A DNA stretch of 64,000 bases from Candidatus Eiseniibacteriota bacterium. GTDB lineage: Bacteria; Eisenbacteria; RBG-16-71-46; DASYSL01. Made by a program: the position numbers and the translations under genes. The notes under the pieces were generated by a model. That model had not been told where the DNA came from. It saw only the letters and a list, made by a program, of their open reading frames with translations, and made no database searches. The DNA is taken from assembly GCA_031431875.1 (NCBI GenBank), contig JANPEF010000153.1, positions 32,001 through 96,000 of the forward strand, read 5' to 3'. Below are positions 52,995-64,000 of the stretch, one piece after another; positions within the stretch are counted from its first letter, which is position 1; each line of letters starts with the position of its first letter.

Positions 52995-54709
52995 ACCTGT
53001 CGGCCGAGGGTCTGGCGATCCCGGGGCGCATTCTCGTCGTCGACGACGAACCCGCCGTCGCCGAGGTCTTCCGCGACTACCTGACGCTCATGGGCGGCCA
53101 CGAGGTCGAGACACGCTCGTCGGGCGCGCTCGCGCTCGAGGCGTTCGAGGCGTTCGAGCCCGAGGTCGTGCTCACCGACCTCAACCTCGATCGCGACATG
53201 TCGGGGCTCGACCTGATGCGCCGGCTCAAGGCGATGAACCCGGACGTGCCGGTCATCCTGGTCACCGGGCAGGTGTCGATCGCCTCGGCGATTGCCGCAC
53301 TGCGCGAGGGCGCCTACGACTACATCACGAAGCCGTGCGACCTCGAGGAACTGGGCCAGCTCCTCGGGCGCGCGCTCGCCTCGCGTCGCCTGACCGAGAC
53401 CAACCGCAAGCTGATGTCGGAACTGAAGACCGCGAACGAGATCCTGTCGCGTCACGAGTCGGAGCTGCGCGAGCGGATCCACGTCGCGACGTGGCGCATG
53501 CGCACGCTGTTCGAGCTGTCGAAGGACATCGCCCGCGACCTGGGGATCGAGTTCCGCTCGCGCGTCATCTCCGAGAAGGCCCGCCAGATCACCGGTGCGG
53601 CGAGCTCGGCGTTGTTCATCGCCGGCGAGGAGGACGGCATCTTCCGGGCCCGCGCCGTGTCGGGCTTCGAGGGACCCGGCGGCGGGCCCGAGGGCCTCGT
53701 CTTCCGTTCCGAAGAGGGCCTCAACGGCGTCGTCGCCGCGAGCCAGACGCCGATCCGGCGCGGCGGTCGCGTGCACGCCGAGGGGCTGGGCCTGCCCGTG
53801 CCCGCCGGCGAGCCGTGCGAGGGCGTGCTCGTCGTCCCGCTGGTGGCCGACGCGCGCGTCGTGGGCACGCTCATGGTGATGGGGAAGGCCGGCGGCTTCA
53901 CCCAGGACGACGAGGACTTCCTCGCCCTGTTCGCCTCGTCGGCGGCCATCGCGCTCACCAACTCGATGCTGTTCGAGCAGACGCTCGAGCTCGATCGCCT
54001 GAAGTCGGACTTCGTCGCCGTCGTCTCGCACGAGCTGCGCACACCGCTCGCGGTGGTGCTCGGCAACCTCGAGCTGCTGGGCGACGAGCGGTTCTGGACG
54101 CTCAACCCGCAGCAGGGGCAGTTCCTCAAGAGCGCCACGACGAACTCGCACCGCCTGCTGCACCTGATCAACGACATCCTCGACTTCTCGAAGCTCGAGA
54201 ACTCGAGCCTGCCGATGACCCGCTCGCCGAACGAGCTGTCCGAGGTCATCAGGCAGACGGCGGAGAACCTGGCCCGCCTGTTCGAGGAGCGCGAGCTCAA
54301 CCTCAAGCTCGACCTCGCGGCCGACCTGCCGCTGGCCGAGATCGACGAGCAGCGCATCGCGCAGGTTCTCACCAACCTGATCTCCAACGCGATCAAGTTC
54401 TCGCCCGCGGGCGCCCCGGTCGAGGTCACCGTGCGGCACGAGGACGGGCAAGCCGTCGTACGCGTGAGCGATCACGGCGAGGGCATCCGCCGCGAAGACA
54501 TGCCGCGCCTGTTCAAGAAGTTCTCGCAGCTCGACTCGCGCTCGACCCGGAAAGTGGGCGGCACGGGGCTCGGGCTGGCCATCTGCAAGGGCATCGTCGA
54601 GGCGCACGGCGGCCGCATCTGGGCCGAGAGCGAGCCCAACGAGGGCAGCACGTTCATCTTCACCCTGCCCCTGGCCGCCGACGCGGCCGACGCGGCGCAG
54701 GCGGCCTAG
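52991..54709 (+). CDS. Hybrid sensor kinase REC-GAF-HisKA-HATPase
   Basis: 'ILVVDDE', 'GAYDYITKP', 'VSHELRTPL', 'NLISNAIKF', 'GGTGLGLAI'. Confidence 0.93.
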   Translation: MNLSAEGLAIPGRILVVDDEPAVAEVFRDYLTLMGGHEVETRSSGALALEAFEAFEPEVVLTDLNLDRDMSGLDLMRRLKAMNPDVPVILVTGQVSIASAIAALREGAYDYITKPCDLEELGQLLGRALASRRLTETNRKLMSELKTANEILSRHESELRERIHVATWRMRTLFELSKDIARDLGIEFRSRVISEKARQITGAASSALFIAGEEDGIFRARAVSGFEGPGGGPEGLVFRSEEGLNGVVAASQTPIRRGGRVHAEGLGLPVPAGEPCEGVLVVPLVADARVVGTLMVMGKAGGFTQDDEDFLALFASSAAIALTNSMLFEQTLELDRLKSDFVAVVSHELRTPLAVVLGNLELLGDERFWTLNPQQGQFLKSATTNSHRLLHLINDILDFSKLENSSLPMTRSPNELSEVIRQTAENLARLFEERELNLKLDLAADLPLAEIDEQRIAQVLTNLISNAIKFSPAGAPVEVTVRHEDGQAVVRVSDHGEGIRREDMPRLFKKFSQLDSRSTRKVGGTGLGLAICKGIVEAHGGRIWAESEPNEGSTFIFTLPLAADAADAAQAA

Positions 54710-54772
54710 CTGTCGCAATCCCAGGCGCACGATGCGCCCCGGGCCCCGGCCCGGCATGCTCACGGAGGAGCC

Positions 54773-55015
54773 ATGACCCATCGCACGTTGACCGGAAAGA
54801 AGAAGCCGCCGATCCGCAACCCATGGGGCCGCTCGACGTCCGCCCGTGCCGTCCGCGGGCGCAGCCCCATCCGCTCCGTCGCCTCCGCGGCGGCCGAGCG
54901 CGGCGAGCGATTCGGCGCCAACGCCGGCAAGGGCAGCCTGGCCGCGCTGCCCTGGGCGCTGGCGCTGCTCGGCGCGAGCGCCGTGCTCGCCGCGGCGACC
55001 GTGCTCGGGCGCTGA
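54773..55015 (+). CDS. Hypothetical small protein with C-terminal TM helix
   Basis: GGAGGAG RBS; basic N-terminus and hydrophobic C-terminus. Confidence 0.5.
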   Translation: MTHRTLTGKKKPPIRNPWGRSTSARAVRGRSPIRSVASAAAERGERFGANAGKGSLAALPWALALLGASAVLAAATVLGR

Positions 55016-55124
55016 TCCGACGCCTCGCCGGGCGCGGAGGAAGCGCGTTGCCCGCACCGCCGCATCCATGCGAACCTGTCGGCGAACTTCCGTGAGTACT
55101 GCGACCCGAACTGGAGATCCCCCC

Positions 55125-56063
55125 ATGCGCATCCTGGTGACCGGTGGCGCCGGCTTCATCGGCTCGAACGTCGTCGATCGATTCGTCGAACTGGGCCACG
55201 AGGTCGCGGTGCTCGATGACCTGTCGACCGGCCGCCGCGAGAACGTGAACGCGAAGGCACGCCTGTTCGAGGCGTCGCTCGACGACCGTCCCGGGGTCGA
55301 GCGGATCATCGGCGAGTTTCGCCCCGAGATCGTCGACCACCACGCCGCGCAGATCGACGTGCGGCACTCGGTGATCGACCCGATCGCCGATGCGACGACG
55401 AACATCCTGGGCGGCATCGGCGTGCTCCAGGCGTGCGTGAAGCACGGTGTGCGGAAGTTCATCTACGCCTCGACCGGAGGCGCGCTCTACGGCGAGGGCA
55501 GGCAGTTGCCCGCGACCGAGGACCATCCGTGCCACCCCGAGGCGCCGTACGGGATCTCGAAGTACGCGCTCGAGCACTACCTGTATTTCTACCGGCTGGT
55601 CCATGAACTGGACGTGACGGTGCTCCGCTATCCCAACGTGTATGGCCCGCGCCAGAACCCGCACGGTGAAGCGGGCGTCAACGCGATCTTCATCGGCCTC
55701 ATGGTCGAGGGGAAGCGGCCGACGATCTTCGGCGACGGCGAGCAGGTGCGCGATTACGTCTACGTCGGCGACGTCGTGCGGGCCAACGAGCTGGCGCTGA
55801 CGAAGGGTTCGGGCGAGACCGTGAACCTGGGGTGGGGGCTCGGCGTGTCGGTCAACGACATCGTACGCATCCTGGCCGGGCTGCTCGGCACCACCGAGCC
55901 GCCCATCTACGCCGCGCCGCGCGCGGGCGAGGTGCAGCGCATCTACCTCGACGCCTCGCGCGCGAAGGCCGTCCTCGGCTGGGAGCCGCAGGTGCCGTTC
56001 GGGGCCGGACTGGCGAAGACGCTCGAGTGGTACAAGGCGGAGCGGGCGGTCGGGCGGCGGTAG
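55125..56063 (+). CDS. NAD-dependent epimerase (UDP-glucose 4-epimerase-like)
   Basis: 'ILVTGGAGFIGS', 'STGGALYG', 'YGISK', 'NVYGPRQNPHGEAGV'. Confidence 0.92.
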   Translation: MRILVTGGAGFIGSNVVDRFVELGHEVAVLDDLSTGRRENVNAKARLFEASLDDRPGVERIIGEFRPEIVDHHAAQIDVRHSVIDPIADATTNILGGIGVLQACVKHGVRKFIYASTGGALYGEGRQLPATEDHPCHPEAPYGISKYALEHYLYFYRLVHELDVTVLRYPNVYGPRQNPHGEAGVNAIFIGLMVEGKRPTIFGDGEQVRDYVYVGDVVRANELALTKGSGETVNLGWGLGVSVNDIVRILAGLLGTTEPPIYAAPRAGEVQRIYLDASRAKAVLGWEPQVPFGAGLAKTLEWYKAERAVGRR

Positions 56064-56349
56064 CCGACCACAGGTCGGGTCGGTCGGCGGTAGGCTCGTG
56101 CCGGAACTCGTCCGTGGCGGGCGGCCGGAACGCCAGGTCGAACGCGAGCCAGCCGAGCTTTGCGAACGGGTCGGTGAGGAACACGCCGATCACGAGCATG
56201 CCCACGCTGCCCCAGAGCAGCAGGTCCCACGGTGGCGTGGGCCACGTCTGCCACGCGATCCCCAGGAACACGACCGCGAACAGCCCCTCGAGCACGATCA
56301 GGTTCAGGGTGAGCGAGCCCAGGAACCACCCCGGCTGCCCGGCGCTCAC
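55852..56349 (-). pseudogene. DUF983-like membrane protein fragment
   Basis: 'GWFLGSLTLN...PPW...PFAKLGWLAFDLAFRP' resembles the DUF983 TM part, but the Cys-rich N-terminus is absent and the frame runs about 210 nt into the convergent epimerase. Confidence 0.4.
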
Positions 56350-57953
56350 TTGCGCAAGCGGAGGCCGAGCCGCGCGATCCAGCGCCGCTCGTCGACACCC
56401 GGCTGGTGATCGACGTCGTCGATCCAGCTGTGCGCCACACCGAGCGTGAATGCGACGCCATCGCGCGGCTCGAAGCGCCCCTCGGCCCCGAGCGTGCGCG
56501 CGTGCTCGACCACACCCGACAGCGTGCTGCCGCTCGCCGCCCCCGAGTCCGGATCGAAGAACGTGCCCAGCTCGCCCTCGCCGCGATCGCTCCACAGGGC
56601 GGTCAGCGAGGCGTCCCAGTTGGCCGACGGGGAGACCCCGGCGGTGGCGAACCAGGTCCGGCTGTCGGGGCCGACCGGGTAGCCGATCGGGCGACCGTGA
56701 TGGATGAAGTCCTCACCGTAAAACGTTGCATAGACGTAGTTGTAGACGCGCGAGTACTCGGCCTCGAGGCGGCCGCGGGCGCCGCGGCCGAGGGCCGTGA
56801 ATGGTCGGGTCCACAGCCCGCCGAGCTGGTAGCCGATGCGCGTCGGGGAGCCGGCGGTCTTCACGTTCTGGTCGTCGAGCAGCAGCTCGCCGTGCATCGC
56901 GGCGCCCGGGGCGGGGCGCCACGTCGCGTCGAGCCCGCCCATCACGTTGTTGCGGATCGACTCGGCGGCGCCTGTGCCGTCGACCTGGTCCTCGGACAGC
57001 AGGCGCTGGACGAACGTGTAGGGCAGGAGCGAGACCACGTACAGCGGCTCCCAGTGCGACGAAGTGTAGCGCGTCGTCTCGTGCAGGCCGATCGTGAGCG
57101 CGGGCGAGGGGAACCACTCCAGCCGATGGGCGGCGATGCGCGCATCGCGCGAGGCGTCGACGTCGGCATGCGTCGCGGTGGCGCGCACGTGACGGAACAG
57201 CGTGCCGCCGAACGACAGGAACGTGACCGGCGCCGCCTGCCGCGACCACAGCAGCGTGCCGGTGGTGCCGGGCCCGAACGCCATGCGGCGCCGTCCGGCG
57301 GTGATGTCGAATGCACGTGTGGCGAACGAGACGTACGCGTCCTCGGACAGCGCAGCGAACTCCGAGCCGGTGACCAGCACGTCGGTGAAGCTCGACGCGT
57401 CGTCGACGCGGCCGGCCCAGACGTCGAGGTGGAGGAGCAGGCCGCCGGCGGTCAGGTTCGCGCGACCGCCGAAACGCGAGCGGTCCTCGAACTGCGTGAT
57501 CTCGTCGTCGATGCCGAGCGTCGCGTCGAGGTAGCCATACAGGCGAAGCCGCATTGCGTCCTCTCCGCCGTCCGTGGCGTATTCGGGTCCCCGATCCTCG
57601 ATGCTCAGCAACGGGCTCGTGTAATCGTCGCGCACGGACAGCCCAGCCTCGTCGAACTCGCGGCCGAACGCGCGCTCGAGGCGCACCAGCGAGGCATCGC
57701 CCGATTCGGGATGGAGCCGGCGCGCCCGCGCCACGTACGCCGCGACATCCCGCCGCGCCAGCGGCATGGTGTTGAGTGCGATCGCACTATCGGCCAGGCC
57801 CGAAGCGACGAGCAGCTCGAGGTCGGCGAGCAGCGGATCACCGACCTCGATCCACTCGACGGGCGACGCGGCCAGGGGGCGCGCGACAGCGGGGAGGGCG
57901 AGGGCGAAGGCGAGCAGCAGCACGAGCGTCGCGCCCGCCCCGCGCCCGCTCAT
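56346..57953 (-). CDS. Capsule assembly Wzi-like outer membrane protein
   Basis: Signal peptide; 'GRRRMAFGPGTTGTLLWS', 'AAHRLEW', 'GELLLDD', 'IGYPVGPDS'. Confidence 0.7.
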   Translation of the reverse strand: MSGRGAGATLVLLLAFALALPAVARPLAASPVEWIEVGDPLLADLELLVASGLADSAIALNTMPLARRDVAAYVARARRLHPESGDASLVRLERAFGREFDEAGLSVRDDYTSPLLSIEDRGPEYATDGGEDAMRLRLYGYLDATLGIDDEITQFEDRSRFGGRANLTAGGLLLHLDVWAGRVDDASSFTDVLVTGSEFAALSEDAYVSFATRAFDITAGRRRMAFGPGTTGTLLWSRQAAPVTFLSFGGTLFRHVRATATHADVDASRDARIAAHRLEWFPSPALTIGLHETTRYTSSHWEPLYVVSLLPYTFVQRLLSEDQVDGTGAAESIRNNVMGGLDATWRPAPGAAMHGELLLDDQNVKTAGSPTRIGYQLGGLWTRPFTALGRGARGRLEAEYSRVYNYVYATFYGEDFIHHGRPIGYPVGPDSRTWFATAGVSPSANWDASLTALWSDRGEGELGTFFDPDSGAASGSTLSGVVEHARTLGAEGRFEPRDGVAFTLGVAHSWIDDVDHQPGVDERRWIARLGLRLRK

Positions 57954-59047
57954 GCCTGCGGGCCGATCGAGTCGACCGCAATCCAGTCGCCGCGCCGCGC
58001 CGACTCGCGCACGGCGTCGAGCACGCGCTGGTTCCTCCAGCCGTCCTCGAACGTGGCCGCGCCGGGGACACTGGTCTTGCCGCGCTGCAGCGCGTCGCGG
58101 ATCGCCGCGGCATAGGTGAGGAACGCGCGGGCCCACGGCGTGTCGGGGACCTTCGATCCGGCGGGGGGCAGCGGGGCGTCGTCGCAGACGACCTCGCTCC
58201 ACGCCTCGGCGCCGTGCGCGCGCGACCACAGCGCGCCGCTCTCGCCGATCTTGAGCGAGCCCTTCGAACCGTGGATCGCGATCTTCGAGTCCGTCTCGCG
58301 CACCGCCGCGGCGAGGTGCATGCTGACTTCGCCGCCGCCGGCGAGTCGGCCCCACAGCACCGCGTAGTCGTCGGAGGTGACCGGTCGTGGCTCCCCCGTG
58401 TTGGGGTCGGGGCGCGTCTTGATCATGGTCGCCAGGTGCCCGCGCACCTCGACGATCTCGCCGAGCAGCGCGCGCACCGCGTCGACCGTGTGCGAGCCCA
58501 GCGCGCCGAGCACGCCGCCGCCCTGGGCCGCGTCGGACCACCAGCTCCAGGCTCGCGCGGGGTCGGCGCGGAACGGACCCTCGAGCCGCACCTCGACGTT
58601 CCACACGTTGCCGACGAACCCCTCGGCGATCATCTCCTTCATGCGCACGCGCCGCGGGTTGAAGCGCAGCTCGTGGTCGAGCAGGTGCAGCTTCCCGGCG
58701 CGCTGCGCCGCCTGCCACATCTCGTAGGCCTCCCCGGCGTGGAGCGCGGTCGGCTTCTCGCACAGCACGTGCTTGCCGGCCTTGAGCGCGGCCAAGGTCT
58801 GCGGCAGGTGCTGGTGCGGTGGCGTCGAGACGACCACCAGCTCGATCTCGTCAACCTTGAGCATGCGGTCGAGGTCATCGAACGCACGACGCACCCCGAA
58901 CTCCTGGGCCACGTCGTAGGCGCGGGTCATGTTGCGCGACAGGAGGCCGACGATCTCGACGCCGGGCGTGGCCTGGAAGCAGGGGATCTGGGTGGTGCGG
59001 GCGAAGCCGGTGCCGAGAATCCCGACGCCGATCGTGCGGTCACTCAA
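57950..59047 (-). CDS. Gfo/Idh/MocA family oxidoreductase
   Basis: 'GILGTGF', 'AGKHVLCEKP', 'GGGVLGALGSH'. Confidence 0.92.
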   Translation of the reverse strand: MSDRTIGVGILGTGFARTTQIPCFQATPGVEIVGLLSRNMTRAYDVAQEFGVRRAFDDLDRMLKVDEIELVVVSTPPHQHLPQTLAALKAGKHVLCEKPTALHAGEAYEMWQAAQRAGKLHLLDHELRFNPRRVRMKEMIAEGFVGNVWNVEVRLEGPFRADPARAWSWWSDAAQGGGVLGALGSHTVDAVRALLGEIVEVRGHLATMIKTRPDPNTGEPRPVTSDDYAVLWGRLAGGGEVSMHLAAAVRETDSKIAIHGSKGSLKIGESGALWSRAHGAEAWSEVVCDDAPLPPAGSKVPDTPWARAFLTYAAAIRDALQRGKTSVPGAATFEDGWRNQRVLDAVRESARRGDWIAVDSIGPQA

Positions 59048-59310
59048 GGGGGTCGCTCCAGGGAGGAAGGGAGGGGTCGAAAGCCGTCGCGGCAGACTAG
59101 CATAGAGCCGCGGCGGAGCCGGATGTGTGGGTCGGTAAAGTATTTGGGAAGAGCGTGTTGCCGGTGTTGCCTCATCCTGGACACGAGAAAGAGGGATCCC
59201 TCCGCCCTGCGGGCGTCGGGGAGCACTATGCTATCCTGCAACCGACCTCGACGACCCAGCGCGACGGAGGCGGGACCCCCGCCTCCGTCCGCATTTCCAC
59301 AGGAGTAGCG

Positions 59311-62019
<2,709 letters not shown>

Positions 62020-62097
62020 ACGTTCCGGGCTCGGCGGTCGACTCCTGGGGCGAAGGACGCCCATCCACGTCGCCCGCCCACCGGACCCGGAGGAACC

Positions 62098-63477
62098 ATG
62101 CACGGAAGAACATCTCGTACTGCTGCGGCCGTCGTCGCCGTGGCCCTGGCCGTCGCCCCGGTCGCCGGTGCGGCTCAGGCGGCTGCGCGCGACGTCACGG
62201 TCACCGTCTACAACTCGAACCTCGCCCTGGTGAAGGACGTGCGCTCGCTCGACATCGGCACGGGCCGCCAGACGATCCGATTCGCCGACGTCTCGGCGCA
62301 GATCGACCCGACTTCGGTCCACCTGTTGCCCAAGGGCGGCGGGGGGCTCACGGTCCTCGAGCAGAACTTCCAGTACGACCTGGTGTCGGCCGAGCGCATC
62401 CTCGACCGCTATCGCGATCGCGACCTGAGCGTTCTCGGCAAGGACGGGAAGACCACGAACGGCACGCTGCTCTCCTATGACGGCGCGAACCTCGTGCTCG
62501 ATCGCAAGCCCGGCATTGCGATCATCAACCGCGCCGAGGTGAAGGAGATCCAGTTCTCCGACCTGCCCGGCGGGCTGATCACCCGCCCCACGCTCGTGTG
62601 GCTGCTCGACAACGCGGGCGCGGGGAAGCGCGACGCCCAGATCAGCTACCTGACGACGGGCCTGTCGTGGCACGCCGAGTACGTCGCGGTGATCGCGCCC
62701 GACGACCGCTCGCTGTCGTGGGCCGGCTGGGTGTCGCTCGAGAACAACTCGGGCACGAGCTATCCCGAGGCGAAGCTCAAGCTCGTCGCCGGCGACGTGA
62801 ATCGCGTCCAGGAGGAGATGGGTCGGATGGTCAAGGGCGGCCGTGTCGAGTACATGACCGATGCTGCCCAGGCGCCGCAGTTCCAGGAGCAGTCGTTCTT
62901 CGAGTACCACCTGTACTCGCTGGCTCGCCCGACGACGTTGGCCGATCGCGAGACCAAGCAGCTGTCGCTGTTCCCCAACGCGTCGGTGCAGTCGGACAAG
63001 ATGTACACGTTCGACCGTTCGCGCGACGCCACGAAGGTGCGCGTGACGATGGAGTTCCGGAACACGCAAGGCGCCGGCCTGGGCATGGCGCTGCCCAAGG
63101 GCAAGGTCCGCGTCTACAAGGAGGACAAGTCCGGCGCGCAGGAGTTCGTCGGCGAGGACCGCATCGATCACACCGCGAAGGACGAGGCCGTCCGCGTCAC
63201 CGTCGGCGACGCGTTCGACGTGGTCGGCGAGTACCGCCAGACCGACACGCGCCGCATCAGCGATCGCGAGACCGAGACCTCGCACGAGATCAAGATCCGC
63301 AATCGCAAGGAATCCGAGCGCGTGACGGTCAAGATCATCGAGAAGACGTGGGGCGACTGGCGGGTCATGACCGCGTCGCAGGACCACGTGAAGAAGGATG
63401 CGACCACGCTCGAGTTCACCGTCCAGGTGGCGCCGGGCGAGGAGAAGATCGTGACGTACACGGTGCGGAGCAGGTAA
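62098..63477 (+). CDS. DUF4139-family secreted protein
   Basis: 'VTVYNSNLALVKD.R', 'LEQNFQYDL', 'SYLT.GLSW.A.Y', 'EYHLY', 'GEDRIDHT'. Confidence 0.85.
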   Translation: MHGRTSRTAAAVVAVALAVAPVAGAAQAAARDVTVTVYNSNLALVKDVRSLDIGTGRQTIRFADVSAQIDPTSVHLLPKGGGGLTVLEQNFQYDLVSAERILDRYRDRDLSVLGKDGKTTNGTLLSYDGANLVLDRKPGIAIINRAEVKEIQFSDLPGGLITRPTLVWLLDNAGAGKRDAQISYLTTGLSWHAEYVAVIAPDDRSLSWAGWVSLENNSGTSYPEAKLKLVAGDVNRVQEEMGRMVKGGRVEYMTDAAQAPQFQEQSFFEYHLYSLARPTTLADRETKQLSLFPNASVQSDKMYTFDRSRDATKVRVTMEFRNTQGAGLGMALPKGKVRVYKEDKSGAQEFVGEDRIDHTAKDEAVRVTVGDAFDVVGEYRQTDTRRISDRETETSHEIKIRNRKESERVTVKIIEKTWGDWRVMTASQDHVKKDATTLEFTVQVAPGEEKIVTYTVRSR

Positions 63478-63699
63478 CACCGGCCAAAGGCCGGGCTGGA
63501 TCGCGGCGAGGCCCGCGGGACGGCCAACCGGGCAGCGCGGCCCAGTTCACCTCGCTTGGGACGGGTCGATGAAGCAGTCCGGCCGGGTCGCACGTCCCGT
63601 AGGCCGCGCCGCCCGTCCCCGACCCGTGGTATCGTCGTCGTCGCATGACGACTCGCCGCCGGCTCCCCCCGCCGCTGTGTGCGTTCGGGAAGGGGGGAC

Positions 63700-64000
63700 A
63701 TGGGAGTCGATCGCGAGGCAGTGTCATCGGCCCTGGGTGATCGTTACCGCCTGGGGCGGGAGATCGGTCGGGGCGCCTCGGCCACCGTGTTCGCCGCCGA
63801 GGACCTCCACCTCGGGCGCTCCGTCGCCGTCAAGGTCCTCGAGCCGGAGCTGGCCCGGACGGTCGCGGGTGAACGATTCCTGCGCGAAGTGCGCATCGAA
63901 GCCCGACTCCAGCACCCTCACATCCTGCCGCTGATCGACTCGGGGGATGCCCGGGGCCTTCTCTACTGCGTCTATCCGCTGGTCGAGGGGACGACGTTGC
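63700..64000 (+). CDS. Hanks-type Ser/Thr protein kinase (3' truncated)
   Basis: Translates 'DRYRLGREIGRGASATVFAAEDLHLGRSVAVKVL...RFLREVRIEARLQHPHILPL'. Confidence 0.9.
   Translation, partial: MGVDREAVSSALGDRYRLGREIGRGASATVFAAEDLHLGRSVAVKVLEPELARTVAGERFLREVRIEARLQHPHILPLIDSGDARGLLYCVYPLVEGTTL

Overview
GC-rich bacterial window with a diderm-type envelope. FlgD/T9SS-like C-terminal domains, a DUF6029-like barrel and a Wzi-like gene suggest an FCB-group-related lineage such as Ca. Eisenbacteria; this is an inference. Core content: a near-complete dcw cluster (mraZ-rsmH-ftsL-ftsI-murE-murF-mraY-murD-ftsW-murG-murC-ftsQ-ftsA-ftsZ plus a TPR gene), rpmB, recG, trpA and valS. Two things stand out. 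(1) At 39.3-54.7 kb there is a flagellar-type regulatory hierarchy with no flagellar structural genes in the window: PAS kinase + sigma54 activator, two sigma54 promoters, fleN/flhG-fliA, csrA-flgM, a stand-alone sigma-region-4 protein, a stand-alone HisKA protein, a degenerate GGDEF protein and a hybrid kinase. Three sigma28-type promoters point at csrA-flgM, an orphan MglA GTPase and an unannotated 20-aa Trp-rich micro-ORF/GGA-rich transcript. (2) A secreted thioredoxin-fold selenoprotein (in-frame TGA in a U-P-F-C motif followed by a SECIS-like hairpin) is split into two ORFs in the ORF track and heads an operon with a TlpA protein and a DUF6029-like barrel. Family assignments come from motif recognition by eye, not from database searches.
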